Assembly: GCF_001194135.2 (NCBI RefSeq)
Contig: NC_068988.1
Coordinates: 6,255,681-6,319,680, forward strand
Length of the DNA stretch: 64,000 nt
Direction of reading: 5' to 3'
Source: Octopus bimaculoides
Taxonomy: Eukaryota
A program made the position numbers and the translations under genes. Numbering within the stretch: position 1 is the first letter of the stretch; each line of letters starts with the position of its first letter. Positions 1 to 13,925 of the stretch are shown here, in pieces. The notes under the pieces are model-generated. The model saw nothing but the letters and a program-made list of their open reading frames with translations, made no database searches and had not been told where the DNA came from.

Positions 1-259
1 ATATATATATATATATATATATACACATATGTATATATGTACCTCTATAGTTGTATGTATATATATATGTATATGCATATACATACATACGTATGTATGT
101 ACACGCATACACACCCAACACGCACACACACACACTCACTCACACACGCATGTATTGTTACTGGTTGAAAGCTCAGCATAGTGGACTCTAGCAAGTGGGG
201 TTCATAGTATGTAGCTATAGCCAATATATACATATAGGTACAGCTACACACACACACAC

Positions 260-341
<82 letters not shown>

Positions 342-506
342 GCGTATCTGTATGTATCCTTAGTTATATACCAGCACACTTATATAGTCCTCGACACACG
401 TACAGGCACACAGATGCGCGTACGTGCATTAATACAACGCCATGTACGATTTCTCGCATCCAAAATCTTATATCTCTCTTTGCAACGAACGAAAAAAAAA
501 GAAAAT

Positions 507-538
<32 letters not shown>

Positions 539-680
539 CCTGATTATTTCACTTAAAATATAGCGATATATGTATAAAGTACTCATTAAGTAAATATACG
601 TTAATTTACCGACGTTATTCTCATCATTATTGTTTGTAGCGCTAGTGCCAAAAAATATCAAAATGTCTACCAAGGCAGAG

Positions 681-725
681 TATAAAGCGCGCGTATTCAT
701 GTCAGTCAGTAGCAGTCAACATGGC
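681..725 (+). promoter_or_regulatory. Candidate Pol II core promoter (TATA + TCAGT initiator + AACATGG)
   Basis: TATAAA at 681-686, TCAGT at 702-706 and 706-710, and ATG at 721. There is no transcript evidence. Confidence 0.3.
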
Positions 726-1124
726 TGCCATAGCCGCATCTGTGACTGGGGACAACAGCTGCAGCAGAACGGCTCTGACAACAGCAGGTGAAATACACTG
801 ACTTCGTGAAAGCAGTTACATTGAGAACAGCCGCAGCTGCTGCAGAAGACAGGAGAACAGCAACAGCTAAGACGAGTCTGTGTAATAAGGAAAATAGTGT
901 ACGGAGATAAAGGGAATTATCTTCGCTCTCTAAGTCTGTTGTGTCTACGTTGGACGAGTCAGCGAGTGTAGTCGCGATGGGGTTGTTTGTCTTGGTAGAA
1001 GAAATAGCAGCGAGAAGTCTTTTGTGTCTGTTTCTAGTGTTTTTCACCAAATGAGGAGGAAACATTTGGTGAGACGGTGTACGATTGATTTTGATTGTTA
1101 AAGAAAGAAAGAATGAATGGAAGA

Positions 1125-1125
1125 T

Positions 1126-1194
<69 letters not shown>

Positions 1195-1600
1195 TGAAGA
1201 GGGAGAAGAAAGAGGGTGCGAGAGAAGAGGGAAATGAGAGAAATGAAAGAATACAAAAACGATTTAGAAGAAAAGAATGAAAGAAAGCGAAAGAGAAAGA
1301 AAGAAAGAAAGAAAGAGAGAAGGATAGAAATCGAGAATGAAAGAATGAAAGAAAAGGAAGAAAGCCGAGAAAGAAAGAAAGAAAGCGAGATACAAAAAAA
1401 AATGCGGGTATATTTACGTCGATCTGAGAGAGGATCAAAATAACACCACCACCACCACAACGACCACCACCAACACCACCACGACGACCACCACCACCAC
1501 TACCACCACTACTATCACTACCACCTCCACCATTACCACTACCACCACCATCATACCACCACTACCACTCCAACCATCATTGTCACCACCACCACCACCA
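1125..1600. repeat. (GA)n, AAAG-rich tract and (ACC)n
   Basis: Seen directly in the sequence. Confidence 0.95.
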
Positions 1601-2297
1601 CCTTCGACAACGACTAATACCAACAGCTTATATCAGAAGATACAGTTTAGACCGTGCTTCATTCGTTTTATTAACGACTGCAGCAGGAAGCGATGCAACA
1701 ACACAAGTCTATCCTTGGAAAGCAATAGCAACCACATTAGCAACGATTGTTGCGCTTTGAATGAAAGCTCTAGCAACACTTGCTATAACACACTCATATA
1801 AACATCTGTAACACACATACACGCATACACACACACACACACACACACACACATTTGTAACATGCAGATATATAAATTTGCAACATACACATACTGTGTA
1901 TACGTTTGCAACAGACATATGTACGCACTTGTAACACACACTACTACACACACACATACACGCACAAACACACAAACGCACATACACATACACAAACACA
2001 TATACACACACACACTTGCATACACACACAAACACAAGCACAGACGTAGAACCAGTGTTGGCTTGTTTGCACCCCTGCAATTTAGCGTTTCGGCAAGAGA
2101 TACCGAGAACCCTTGAATGAAGTGCTCCAGCGTGGCCGCAGTCTAACGACTAAAAGAAGTAAAAGCTAAAAGATACATACATTTGTAAACACATACACAA
2201 ACACACGCATATACATATATATACACAAACATACACACACATACACAAATATAAATACACACACTAGTAACACACATATTTGTGACATACGTGTATA

Positions 2298-2580
2298 CAT
2301 TTGTAACAAACATATATATACAGTTGTTATACATACACATGTATATATATGTATATGACACACATACAATTATGCTACACTCATACACACACTTATACAT
2401 ACATTTGTAACAAACATATATACAGTTGTTACACACACACACATGTATATATATATATATATATATGTGACACACATGCAAGTATGTTACACTCATACGC
2501 ACACATATACATACATTTGTAACAAATATTTACACTTGTTACACACACACACACACGTGCATATATACTTGTAACACACA
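2298..2580. repeat. Degenerate ~104-112 bp tandem repeat, about 2.5 units
   Basis: CATTTGTAACAAA restarts at 2298, 2402 and 2514. Confidence 0.75.
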
Positions 2581-3136
2581 CACACACACATACATACACA
2601 TACACATACACGTGTATATATGCAGTAGACGCAGGAACATCTGCGGCAGTCATGTCAACAGCTGCAACTAACAACTGTAGTCGATACGAAAACACCTGCT
2701 ACTAGCAACCAGCGTTAGCATTTGTAGCGAATGAAGACGATGTAGCGACGCTATTGGCTCTTGCGAACAATGGCAACATTAGCAACGATAATAGTTGTAA
2801 CAACGCGCAGTCGCTTTTCACACCCTTACGCAGTTGATAAAATAGCAACAATTATAGCCATGGCTTTTGCGGCCATGCTTAAATTTGTAACAAACATTAA
2901 CCGTGATAGAAACAGGCAGGAACTTATTGTTCCTCTTTTACGGTTTACGTGTTTTAGTAATCGGACTGCGGCCATGCTGTAGCACCATATTGAAGGGTTA
3001 AGCAGAATAAATCGATCCTCGTATTTTCTTTTTAAATTTGGTATTATCGGACTTTTGAAAATGGCTAAGCTTTTTACTATATGGTAAGAAGAAAAATTGA
3101 AAAAAATTACCAAGAAATAAAAGAGAGAAAGAGCGG

Positions 3137-3196
<60 letters not shown>

Positions 3197-4025
3197 NNNN
3201 NNNNNNNNNNNNNNNNNNNNNNNNNNNNNNNNNNNNNNNNNNNNNNNNNNNNNNNNNNNNNNNNNNNNNNNNNNNNNNNNNNNNNNNNNNNNNNNNNNNN
3301 NNNNNNNNNNNNNNNNNNNNNNNNNNNNNNNNNNNNNNNNNNNNNNNNNNNNNNNNNNNNNNNNNNNNNNNNNNNNNNNNNNNNNNNNNNNNNNNNNNNN
3401 NNNNNNNNNNNNNNNNNNNNNNNNNNNNNNNNNNNNNNNNNNNNNNNNNNNNNNNNNNNNNNNNNNNNNNNNNNNNNNNNNNNNNNNNNNNNNNNNNNNN
3501 NNNNNNNNNNNNNNNNNNNNNNNNNNNNNNNNNNNNNNNNNNNNNNNNNNNNNNNNNNNNNNNNNNNNNNNNNNNNNNNNNNNNNNNNNNNNNNNNNNNN
3601 NNNNNNNNNNNNNNNNNNNNNNNNNNNNNNNNNNNNNNNNNNNNNNNNNNNNNNNNNNNNNNNNNNNNNNNNNNNNNNNNNNNNNNNNNNNNNNNNNNNN
3701 NNNNNNNNNNNNNNNNNNNNNNNNNNNNNNNNNNNNNNNNNNNNNNNNNNNNNNNNNNNNNNNNNNNNNNNNNNNNNNNNNNNNNNNNNNNNNNNNNNNN
3801 NNNNNNNNNNNNNNNNNNNNNNNNNNNNNNNNNNNNNNNNNNNNNNNNNNNNNNNNNNNNNNNNNNNNNNNNNNNNNNNNNNNNNNNNNNNNNNNNNNNN
3901 NNNNNNNNNNNNNNNNNNNNNNNNNNNNNNNNNNNNNNNNNNNNNNNNNNNNNNNNNNNNNNNNNNNNNNNNNNNNNNNNNNNNNNNNNNNNNNNNNNNN
4001 NNNNNNNNNNNNNNNNNNNNNNNNN

Positions 4026-4084
<59 letters not shown>

Positions 4085-4473
4085 AGGGGGAGATAACTGG
4101 AGGATGATATCTTTTTTAGCGAAATGGTCGATTTTCGATCAATCTTCTCTTATTTACTTCTCTCATTCCTTTTCTCCATTTTCAATCTACACACAAAGAA
4201 ATACACAATTTACATATATACGCTAATACATACGTGTCTATATACACACATAACTGCATACATACACGCATAATTGCATACATGCTCTCATGGCTATAAA
4301 TACACACACAGCTACATGCCTAGACAGAAAACTAAATGCACACACATAACTATACATCTATGTACATACATAAAGATAAATATACGTACGTACATGCATA
4401 CAAGCATCATCCACATACACTCACACACATAACCGCATGAATATACAAACATAGCTACATATATACACATATA

Positions 4474-5332
4474 CGAGAGGGTACCCAAAAGAAACCGGAA
4501 TTTAGCAATATTGTTTTATTCATTTAGATTCCCATGTTTCCTCTTTGATCGCCGTCGTAGTATCCTTCTATTCGAAGGAATGGATTGTTCCAGATGCATT
4601 TTCCACTCTTGGAAGCAGTGCTGGAAATCTTATGAAATGATACCTTTTAACGGTCTTGTTTTTTTTCTTTTTCTTCACCATTTCCACATCTGCAAATTCC
4701 GTAGCACCAGCTTTCGTCACCAGTGATGACCTTCGAAGAAAAAAAAAAAAAAATCAAATCAGCATCCAACCGTTCTTTCAGTTCATGACACGCATTCAGT
4801 CGTGACTGCTTTTGATCTTCCGTGAGCAAGCGAGGCACACATTTTGTTGCAACTCTTTTCATTCGCAATTCGGCGCTCAAAATTCGTTGGCAGAAGCTCC
4901 AGGACATACCAGTCATATCAATAGTTTCGTCAATTGTTCCACCAAGGTCAATTCATGAATTTTCGTGATGTTTTCATTCGTTCGGGGGCTCGACAGTCGC
5001 CCTGAACGAAGTTGGTATTCAAACGATAAGTGATCATTCGTAAAGCGTGAAAACCGCTCGTGAACTTGTGTTTTGCTCATGGCAGTGTCCTTTTGCCATG
5101 TTAGAAGCCTGACACCTGTTTCGGCTACCCCTTTGCCCAGCAGAAAACAGAATTTCACGGAAGCACGCTCTACCTTCGATTCAGCCATCGCAAAAATCGA
5201 TAAACAGGGGAGAAACCCTGCAAAGCAAAGACGCACCACGTTGCATTACGACCTCAGCCGACGATGCCGGTCGGCAGACTGATGCCTGAGGGTCGCATAA
5301 AGTGGATTCTAACATTTCCGGTTACCTCCTCG
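4474..5332 (-). mobile_element. Mariner (irritans/Himar-like) DNA transposon, internally deleted, both ends present
   Basis: Imperfect TIRs: CGAGAGGGTA...ACCGGAA at the left, reverse complement CGAGGAGGTAACCGGAA at the right, each flanked by TA (4472-73, 5333-34). Minus-strand frames read KFCFLLGK..ET (HTH), RSGRLSS, VATKCVPRLLTEDQKQSR, KVITGDESWCYG (first catalytic D) and DFQHCFQEWK (C-terminus). The central D34D region is missing and frameshifts are present. Confidence 0.92.
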
Positions 5333-5545
5333 TATACATACAGGTACGGGGGGTACATACATAGGCACGAGCATACGTGCAAAACTCAAAACAAGGATGA
5401 TATGTCCATCTCGAGTCATGGGTTCGCCGCATTCTATCGCTCCTTTTATTCGAACAAAGGTGTGGGTGATTTATAGAACAGAGATAGATTAACAAATATA
5501 TTAAAATCAATAAATAAATAGATAAATAAATAGATCAAATAAAAA

Positions 5546-5708
5546 TGGCTCCAGCGCGGCTGAGTGGTAAGAAGTTTGCTTCCCAACCAGATGGTTCCTG
5601 GTTCAGTCCCACTGCATGCCATCTTGGACAAACGTCTTCTACTATAGCCTCGAGCCGACCAAAGCCTTGTGCGTGGATTTGGTAGACGGAAGCTGAAAAA
5701 AGCCTGTC

Positions 5709-5764
<56 letters not shown>

Positions 5765-5945
5765 GTATTTGTGTGTCTGTTATTGCCTCTCCACCATCGC
5801 TTGACAACAGATGTTGGTGTGTTTACGTCCCCGTTACTTTGCGGTTCGGCAAAAAGAGACTGATAGAATAAGTTTTAGGCTTACAAAAGAATAAGTCGTG
5901 GGGTCGATTTGGCCGTTGGCTAATGATCGAAACAAGTAAATAAGA
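5546..5945 (+). mobile_element. SINE family A (tRNA head + CORE-like box + internal microsatellite + 3' half), near full length
   Basis: A-box-like GGCTGAGTGG, B-box-like GGTTCAGTCCC, CTTGG.CAA CORE-like segment, (TA)n/(TATG)n spacer, then a 3' half ending GAAACAAGTAAA. Confidence 0.85.
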
Positions 5946-7012
5946 CATAATGAATATTTAGAACATGCAAATAATTAATCAGATTGTGATGTTTCTTGAA
6001 TTTTGTCAATTAAAGAAGATGGCGTTGCAGCCGTTATTGTTTTTGTTGTTGATGTTGTTGTTGTTACTATTGTTGTTGTTGTTTGGTTATGCTTTTTTTC
6101 TTCTTTTTGTTTTCTTTCTTCAACATTCTTCACATCTCTCAGAATGATTCACCTCAGACCATAATCGTCATTCCGTGCCGAAACCATGTCGGATTCTTCG
6201 AGTTCGCCCAACAGACGGAATCCTCATTCTCTCCTCTGCCACTGTCACCGACAAACCACCACCACCACCACCACCACAAATGCCGCAACATGTCTATTAT
6301 ATTCATTAGAGGAACTCCCTTGAGTCACACACTTCGCAAGAATACCTCGTAGGGTTATAGAAACACACACACACACACACATAAATACATACATACATAC
6401 ATACATACATACAAACACAAAGACACTCACACACATATGTACATACATACATCCATATACATACATATATATATATTTATTCATACATGTATGCATACAA
6501 TGTATATAAATAAATGTGTGTATGTATACGTATAAGGAGATATAGAGAGAAAGAGAGAGAGAGAGAAGGAGACAGAGAGGGGAAGAGAGAGAGAGAGAGA
6601 GAGAAAGAGAAGGAGAGAAAGACATTGAGAGATATGTTAACATGTACACAATCGTGCAATTAAGTTAATGTATGTCTGCAAAACCGAAAACTCTGGGGAA
6701 TTGCTCAACCGCCGTTCACAGACAGACGCCACAGCAACCTTGCATACATGCATACGTACGTACATATATGCATATATATATGCATGCATGCATAAATGCA
6801 TATATACATAGGCATACATAAATACGAACATATATATATATATATATCTGCATATATACATACATACACATACGTTATACATATATATGCATACATACAG
6901 ACATACGCATACGTTATACATATATATATATATGCATACATCCATACACACATACGCATATGTACATACATATATACACGCACACATACATACATACATA
7001 CATACGCATATG

Positions 7013-7885
7013 CAGTGATGGATTGGATCTGTAGTCTTCGAATTAGCTTTCTCCTTTCTGGTTTTGAGAAGCCTAATTTCTCAACATTGGTATTTAGGCA
7101 GTGTGTTACATATCCCAGGTCCCCAATAATTACAGGTATAAACCTGAACTTGTAATCTGGATAGAGTAACTGCAGATTTCTCAATAGCTCAGCATAGGTG
7201 TTCTCTTTTTCACTGATCTTCAGCTTTATGTTAACATCCGCTGGGCAGCTAATTTCCTCAACTGTGCACAGTTTCTCTTCTCTATCCTTAATCATTATAT
7301 CAGGTGTGTTGTGCTTACATTTTGTTGAGGCCTTCACTGGAACATTCCACCAGTAGTACTTTTTATTAAGAGTGGCCATGGCTTCTATTATATTGTGGGT
7401 TCTTATTTCTTTGTCCTCGGGATTATCCTTTTGATGGATTTCATTATAGAGTATCCTAGCTACAACGTCATGTCTCATCTGTAAATAATATCTTGATGAT
7501 ATTTTCGGACAACTGCATACGATGTGGGTGATATCTTCAGTGTGAACTCCACAAAATCTGCATCGGTTGTCATATTTTACGGCTTTTTCTTCATCTCTAT
7601 CCCTTTTGTGCATCAGGTACTTGGTTGATATTTCTTTTGCCTGGATTGCAAATGCATACTCTTCAAAGTGGTCGGTAGTAATCCGGCTATTGGTCCATGA
7701 TAAACTGCTTTGATGATCGATGCTACTATTATCACGGAGCTTTCTACTAACGTATCCATGCATAGTCTTCTGCTCATATAGGCTCATCCTTTCATCTGAT
7801 GATACGTTGCGGCACAGTCGTGCGACTTCTTTGGGCAGAGTGTTGCCCAATGAGCTGCCTTCCAACCTCTATAATGTTATAATGG
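7013..7885 (-). mobile_element. R4/Dong-clade non-LTR retrotransposon, C-terminal CCHC + restriction-like endonuclease fragment (copy 1)
   Basis: About 285 uninterrupted codons: MHGYV, FAIQAKEIST, CRFCGVHTEDITHIVCSC (CCHC), RHDVVA, TPD...EEISCP...EKENTY (PD-(D/E)xK-like) and IPVIIGDLG. It is 5'-truncated and lacks the 3' end. Confidence 0.92.
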
Positions 7886-7950
7886 ATGTATGTATGTATA
7901 TATGTATATATAAGTGTGTGTGAGTGTGTGAGTGTGTGTATATACATGTG

Positions 7951-8006
<56 letters not shown>

Positions 8007-8562
8007 ATTGCTTCACATTCATATACATATGCGTATATACATAACCTATCTGCTATAACTTCATGTGGGTGTGTCTGTGTGCGCATGTTTGTATGAATGT
8101 AGCTATATTATGTATGTATATGTGTGTATATACATATGTATAAATCTATATTTACTTATGTACACACACACACACACACACACACACANNNNNNNNNNNN
8201 NNNNNNNNNNNNNNNNNNNNNNNNNNNNNNNNNNNNNNNNNNNNNNNNNNNNNNNNNNNNNNNNNNNNNNNNNNNNNNNNNNNNNNNNNNNNNNNNNNNN
8301 NNNNNNNNNNNNNNNNNNNNNNNNNNNNNNNNNNNNNNNNNNNNNNNNNNNNNNNNNNNNNNNNNNNNNNNNNNNNNNNNNNNNNNNNNNNNNNNNNNNN
8401 NNNNNNNNNNNNNNNNNNNNNNNNNNNNNNNNNNNNNNNNNNNNNNNNNNNNNNNCGGTTAATTAATATTCATGAGGTAGCGCGTAAAAATTCCCTCCTC
8501 TGCCTACCACCCAATCATATTCGTTCACTCTCTCTTTGCCGCAATCTATAACCTGCTCTTTT

Positions 8563-8626
<64 letters not shown>

Positions 8627-9977
8627 TCCTCTCTATCCAAATATTAGATATTATCGAGTATGCGATGGCGCTGTTGTCGACGCTGAAAGCAGACAGGCGA
8701 ACTTGCTGGTCGGCTGGTCAGTCGGTCTCGTTATTAGCTGATCGTTTGGCTTGTTGGGTGTTTGGTTGGCTGGTTGGTTAGCTTGCTGGTTGGTTGGTAC
8801 CCAGTGGTTGTAAGAACCATCGTTTGTGGTTATGTAGCATAAAAATGTATGTATGTATGTATGTATGTATGTATCTATGCATGTATCTATGAACGTACAT
8901 ACGTATGTATGCAAGAATGTATGCAAGAATGTATGTGCCCATATATGTATACATACATAGATACATACATACATACATACATACATACACGCACACATAC
9001 ATACATACACATGCATGCTTACGATTTTGAAGACAACGTGATAAATGTAAAGACGAAACTCAGCCATTGTGATAATAAAATAATAATAATAATAATAATA
9101 ATTAAAATTATAATAATNNNNNNNNNNNNNNNNNNNNNNNNNNNNNNNNNNNNNNNNNNNNNNNNNNNNNNNNNNNNNNNNNNNNNNNNNNNNNNNNNNN
9201 NNNNNNNNNNNNNNNNNNNNNNNNNNNNNNNNNNNNNNNNNNNNNNNNNNNNNNNNNNNNNNNNNNNNNNNNNNNNNNNNNNNNNNNNNNNNNNNNNNNN
9301 NNNNNNNNNNNNNNNNNNNNNNNNNNNNNNNNNNNNNNNNNNNNNNNNNNNNNNNNNNNNNNNNNNNNNNNNNNNNNNNNNNNNNNNNNNNNNNNNNNNN
9401 NNNNNNNNNNNNNNNNNNNNNNNNNNNNNNNNNNNNNNNNNNNNNNNNNNNNNNNNNNNNNNNNNNNNNNNNNNNNNNNNNNNNNNNNNNNNNNNNTATA
9501 TATGCATTTGTACGCGCGCACGCATGAGGTTTAGTATATACGTTGTACGTATCTATGTAGACCATGTAGTAGTCATCTTACTTCGGGCTTCGTCATACGT
9601 TCAATGATGTATATTGATAAATAATATAGCGAGAGCCGTTGAGATATTACCGTTTCTTGCTTCTGTACATAGTCGGGTTGTGTTGTGCAGCAGAAGGGAG
9701 AGGATTTCTATGAAATTTCGCCTAATTTTTCCTGTAACGGTGAAAATTAATTATCACATGTTGACTTAATGTAGCTGGATTCACTTACATTTGAACACGT
9801 ATATGAACACACGCACATACACAAACGCGTTTATTAAGTTGATGAGCTGATAGATGTCTTAATTAAAATTGTAACTGAGATTACAAGTAATTAAGCAGAT
9901 ATATTCGGTACGGATTATCTAATCGTAGATGTTAATATGCATTTAAGTAAAAGGTTCTTGGGAAAATTTTAGCGTAT

Positions 9978-10011
<34 letters not shown>

Positions 10012-10220
10012 TCATATATATTCATGCTTAATTTAATTTCTTGTAATAAAAACAGTTTTACATCAAAGATATGTGTGTGTTGTGCGTACTTGTATGTGTA
10101 CGTATGTGTATNNNNNNNNNNNNNNNNNNNNNNNNNNNNNNNNNNNNNNNNNNNNNNNNNNNNNNNNNNNNNNNNNNNNNNNNNNNNNNNNNNNNNNNNN
10201 NNNNNGCTAGATTACCGCAT

Positions 10221-10613
10221 TTAATCGAGCAAATTGACCCCAGGACTTATTCTTTGTAAGCCTAGTACTTATTCTATCTGTCCCTTTTGCCGAACAGCTA
10301 AGTTACGGGGACATAAACACACCAGCATCGGTTGTCAAGCGATGTTGGGGGACAAACACAGACACACAAACATATATACATACATACATTCAAACATATA
10401 TACACACAAACATATATATACATACACATACATATACATATACATATATACGACGGGCTTCTTTCAGTATCCGTCTACCAAATCCACTCTCAAGTGCTTG
10501 GTTGACCCGAGGGTAGAGTAGAAGACACTTGCCGAAGGTGCCACGCAGTGAGACTAAACCCGGAACCATGTGGTTGGTAAGCAAGCTATTTAGCACACAG
10601 CCACTCTGCGCCT
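10221..10613 (-). mobile_element. SINE family A, near full length
   Basis: Reverse complement of the 5546-5945 layout, including the internal (CA/TA)n spacer. Confidence 0.88.
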
Positions 10614-11260
10614 AATGTATATATGGCGATGATGCCATGGACAAATCTCAGATGAAGAAACGGTACAGCAGTTTCGAACATGGCTGTACCTCAGTGGCGA
10701 GCGAGAAATTCTCAGACAGGTCATCCACAAGCCGAAACAAGGAGCCACTTGAGAAGGCTCAGCCAACAGCCAGAGGAAATCGTTGTGTGACAATCCAGGA
10801 AATTCGTCACGAAGTGGGAATAAGTACAGGGCCAATGGTTCCATTTTAACTTTGGATGTGGACATGCGGAATGTATCGGTGAAAAAATAAAATCGGTTAG
10901 TTTTTGAACGGACCTCGTAATCCAATCAGTCCTGGTCAAGAGCAACGCACCACTTGTTCGACAGGCTCCCTACTCGCTCGTCTTGGCAAAGTGTGACTTC
11001 TGTCTCTTCTCCAAACCGAAAGGCACGCTGAAAAGGAAAAGATTTGAATCGCGAGAGGAAATCATGGGAAAAGAAAATGGTGGAGCCCATAAGATTCCAG
11101 AAAAGGCATTCCAGGGGGGTTACTGGCAGTGGCAGAATCACCTGAAGAAGTGTGTGAACTCCCAAGAGGGAGTATTTTGAAGGGGATTAGATAAAATTTG
11201 TGAAATGTACAAAACCGTCTTTTTATTCCCAAAGGTAGGATACTTTTTGAATGCAACTCG
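10614..11260 (+). mobile_element. Mariner (irritans-like) transposase pseudogene fragment with right TIR
   Basis: Frames read YGDDAMDKSQMKKRYSSFEHG, VTIQEIRHEVGISTG, CDFCLFSKPKGTLKRKRFES and KKCVNSQ..YFEGD. The right end reverse-complements to TA-CGAGTTGCATTCAAAAAGT, a mariner-type TIR. The left end abuts a SINE. Confidence 0.88.
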
Positions 11261-11539
11261 TATACATACAGACACATACCTCGTGGTTGTATGTGAGATT
11301 CCCGAGCGTCAACCAAAGGAGCAGAATAGTTTGTGCTTACGCATACATACGCATGCGCACGGGTGCACACACACGCTCACAACCCACACACATACACACA
11401 CAAATACACAAACATACACTCGTATATGCACGACTCGATTATCTATACGTTTATGTCTATGTGTGTGCGTATGCATATGTGTGTGTGTAGAGAGAGAGAG
11501 TGACATGTATGCACACACACACGTATGTATGTTTGTATG

Positions 11540-11578
<39 letters not shown>

Positions 11579-11974
11579 GAACAAGAATATTTGAAACGTT
11601 AGTCACTTGTCAAAATGTAATACAAAGTAAAGAGAATAAGGCTTGTAAGGGGCACGTTTTAGAGAGGTAGCGTGATAAAAGAAATTTACACTGACGATGA
11701 GAGAGTGACAGAGACAATGGCTAGAAAGTGAGATAAATTTCTGAATGATACCGAAGTAGGACTGAAATAAAGAATTGTAAAGAAGGCAGAGAAAAATAAT
11801 AAACATATAAATTTATGTACGTAAAAAAAAAAACTTGGATAAAGTCAGATATATTTCAGCAATTGTTAGGTCACGTTAAGCTGATAGGATCTGTTAAGCG
11901 ATTTTTCAAGTCAAGTTTTGTGCTATCATGGCCCATCCAAGTAGAAAGGAAATTTGATGTTGGCTGAGATGTAA

Positions 11975-12235
11975 GCACTAATAGGGGCTTGTCTGGTATT
12001 GTTTCAGGGCGATGAGATCTTTTTCTTCTGTGGTCTCTTTCGGAATAATATTAAATAGATCAGAACCTGATGAAGGAAAGAAATTCTGTTGTATTCTATT
12101 TATATGTTGAGAGCAAGAACAGTTTACGCGGAACGGGTGCAGACGTAAGGTCCGTGGTCTCACCTTTGGAAGAATTCTTAATTTGATGTTAAGTTCGATT
12201 CGACAGTGATGGTGGTAGAATATCCACATTTACTC
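11975..12235 (-). mobile_element. CR1/L2-group LINE, 3' ORF2 fragment
   Basis: MWIFYHHHC...RIQQNFFPSSGSDLFNIIPKETTEEKDLIALKQ resembles the NSF...GP.LFN.LP..I....FK terminus of CR1-group RT ORFs. Confidence 0.55.
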
Positions 12236-12773
12236 TTATGATATATTGTTTGTTCAATCCGTGTTGTATACGGCAGGTATAGATATAAGTTTATATATAC
12301 ACGCACGTAAATTTAGATGTATATGTTACACATGTATATGTACATATNNNNNNNNNNNNNNNNNNNNNNNNNNNNNNNNNNNNNNNNNNNNNNNNNNNNN
12401 NNNNNNNNNNNNNNNNNNNNNNNNNNNNNNNNNNNNNNNNNNNNNNNTACATACATACATATATATATACATAAATACACATACACGCACATTTACACAG
12501 ACACACACACACAGATATACATTTAAAATACACATCAGTCTATATATATGTGTATATATCTACTGTGTGACATACCTATCCGTAATAAGAATGTAGAATT
12601 CTTACGAAAACGCATACATGCATAAGTATTTTAATCCATTTATATACTTACACGTCAACATAGAACCATTTGCAGGCATACATACCTACAGTCTTACTTA
12701 AACGCACGTATACACACGTAGTTACATATGCACACAAATATACATTTATATAACCCTATACATACATACATGT

Positions 12774-12840
<67 letters not shown>

Positions 12841-13376
12841 CATACATACATACATACATATTCCTGTATCTATGTGTGTGTGTGTGCATGTGTGTGTGTG
12901 TGTGTGTGTGTGTGTNNNNNNNNNNNNNNNNNNNNNNNNNNNNNNNNNNNNNNNNNNNNNNNNNNNNNNNNNNNNNNNNNNNNNNNNNNNNNNNNNNNNN
13001 NNNNNNNNNNNNNNNNNNNNNNNNNNNNNNNNNNNNNNNNNNNNNNNNNNNNNNNNNNNNNNNNNNNNNNNNNNNNNNNNNNNNNNNNNNNNNNNNNNNN
13101 NNNNNNNNNNNNNNNNNNNNNNNNNNNNNNNNNNNNNNNNNNNNNNNNNNNNNNNNNNNNNNNNNNNNNNNNNNNNNNNNNNNNNNNNNNNNNNNNNNNN
13201 NNNNNNNNNNNNNNNNNNNNNNNNNNNNNNNNNNNNNNNNNNNNNNNNNNNNNNNNNNNNNNNNNNNNNNNNNNNNNNNNNNNNNNNNNNNNNNNNNNNN
13301 NNNNNNNNNNNNCTCTCTCTCCATCTATCTATCTGTCTGTTCTGTATGTCAATCTGTCTGTCTATCTATCTATCTG

Positions 13377-13452
<76 letters not shown>

Positions 13453-13911
13453 AACACTCACGCCCGTATAGGAGTGCCGCGTGAATGCGTGCCTCTCAGC
13501 TATTGAGTTGAAATTGTAGTGATATATAAAGCTATATCGCTCCATCTCAATGAATTATGAATTGTCATGTATGTAAATTTTACGATAAATAATTCGATCC
13601 AGTGATAAATGCCATGTTACTGCTTATTTAACCCCAGGCAAGACTGACTGACTCGACATCACCTTCTATATCATTCCATGCTCGAACACCGTGATATTTT
13701 ATTCTTTTTACAGTCTACGTATATCTAGGACTACGTTATGCAATACGACTTTACATTTTCGTCAAAAAATATCAGGAGGATGTGTGATTTAAAAAGATTA
13801 AATAAGAATTTCGTTGCTATTTCTAGCATAATCGATCGCGAACACACGCCATTGTTTTTATCACGATAATAATTATGGCCGTGTTCTTGTTATCGAGGTT
13901 GTTATTGTTTA

Positions 13912-13925
13912 CCGCTAGAGGGCGT
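13912..13925 (+). promoter_or_regulatory. Candidate CTCF-binding site
   Basis: CCGCTAGAGGGCGT matches CCRSYAGRKGGCRS at 13/14 positions, in apparently unique sequence. Confidence 0.45.
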
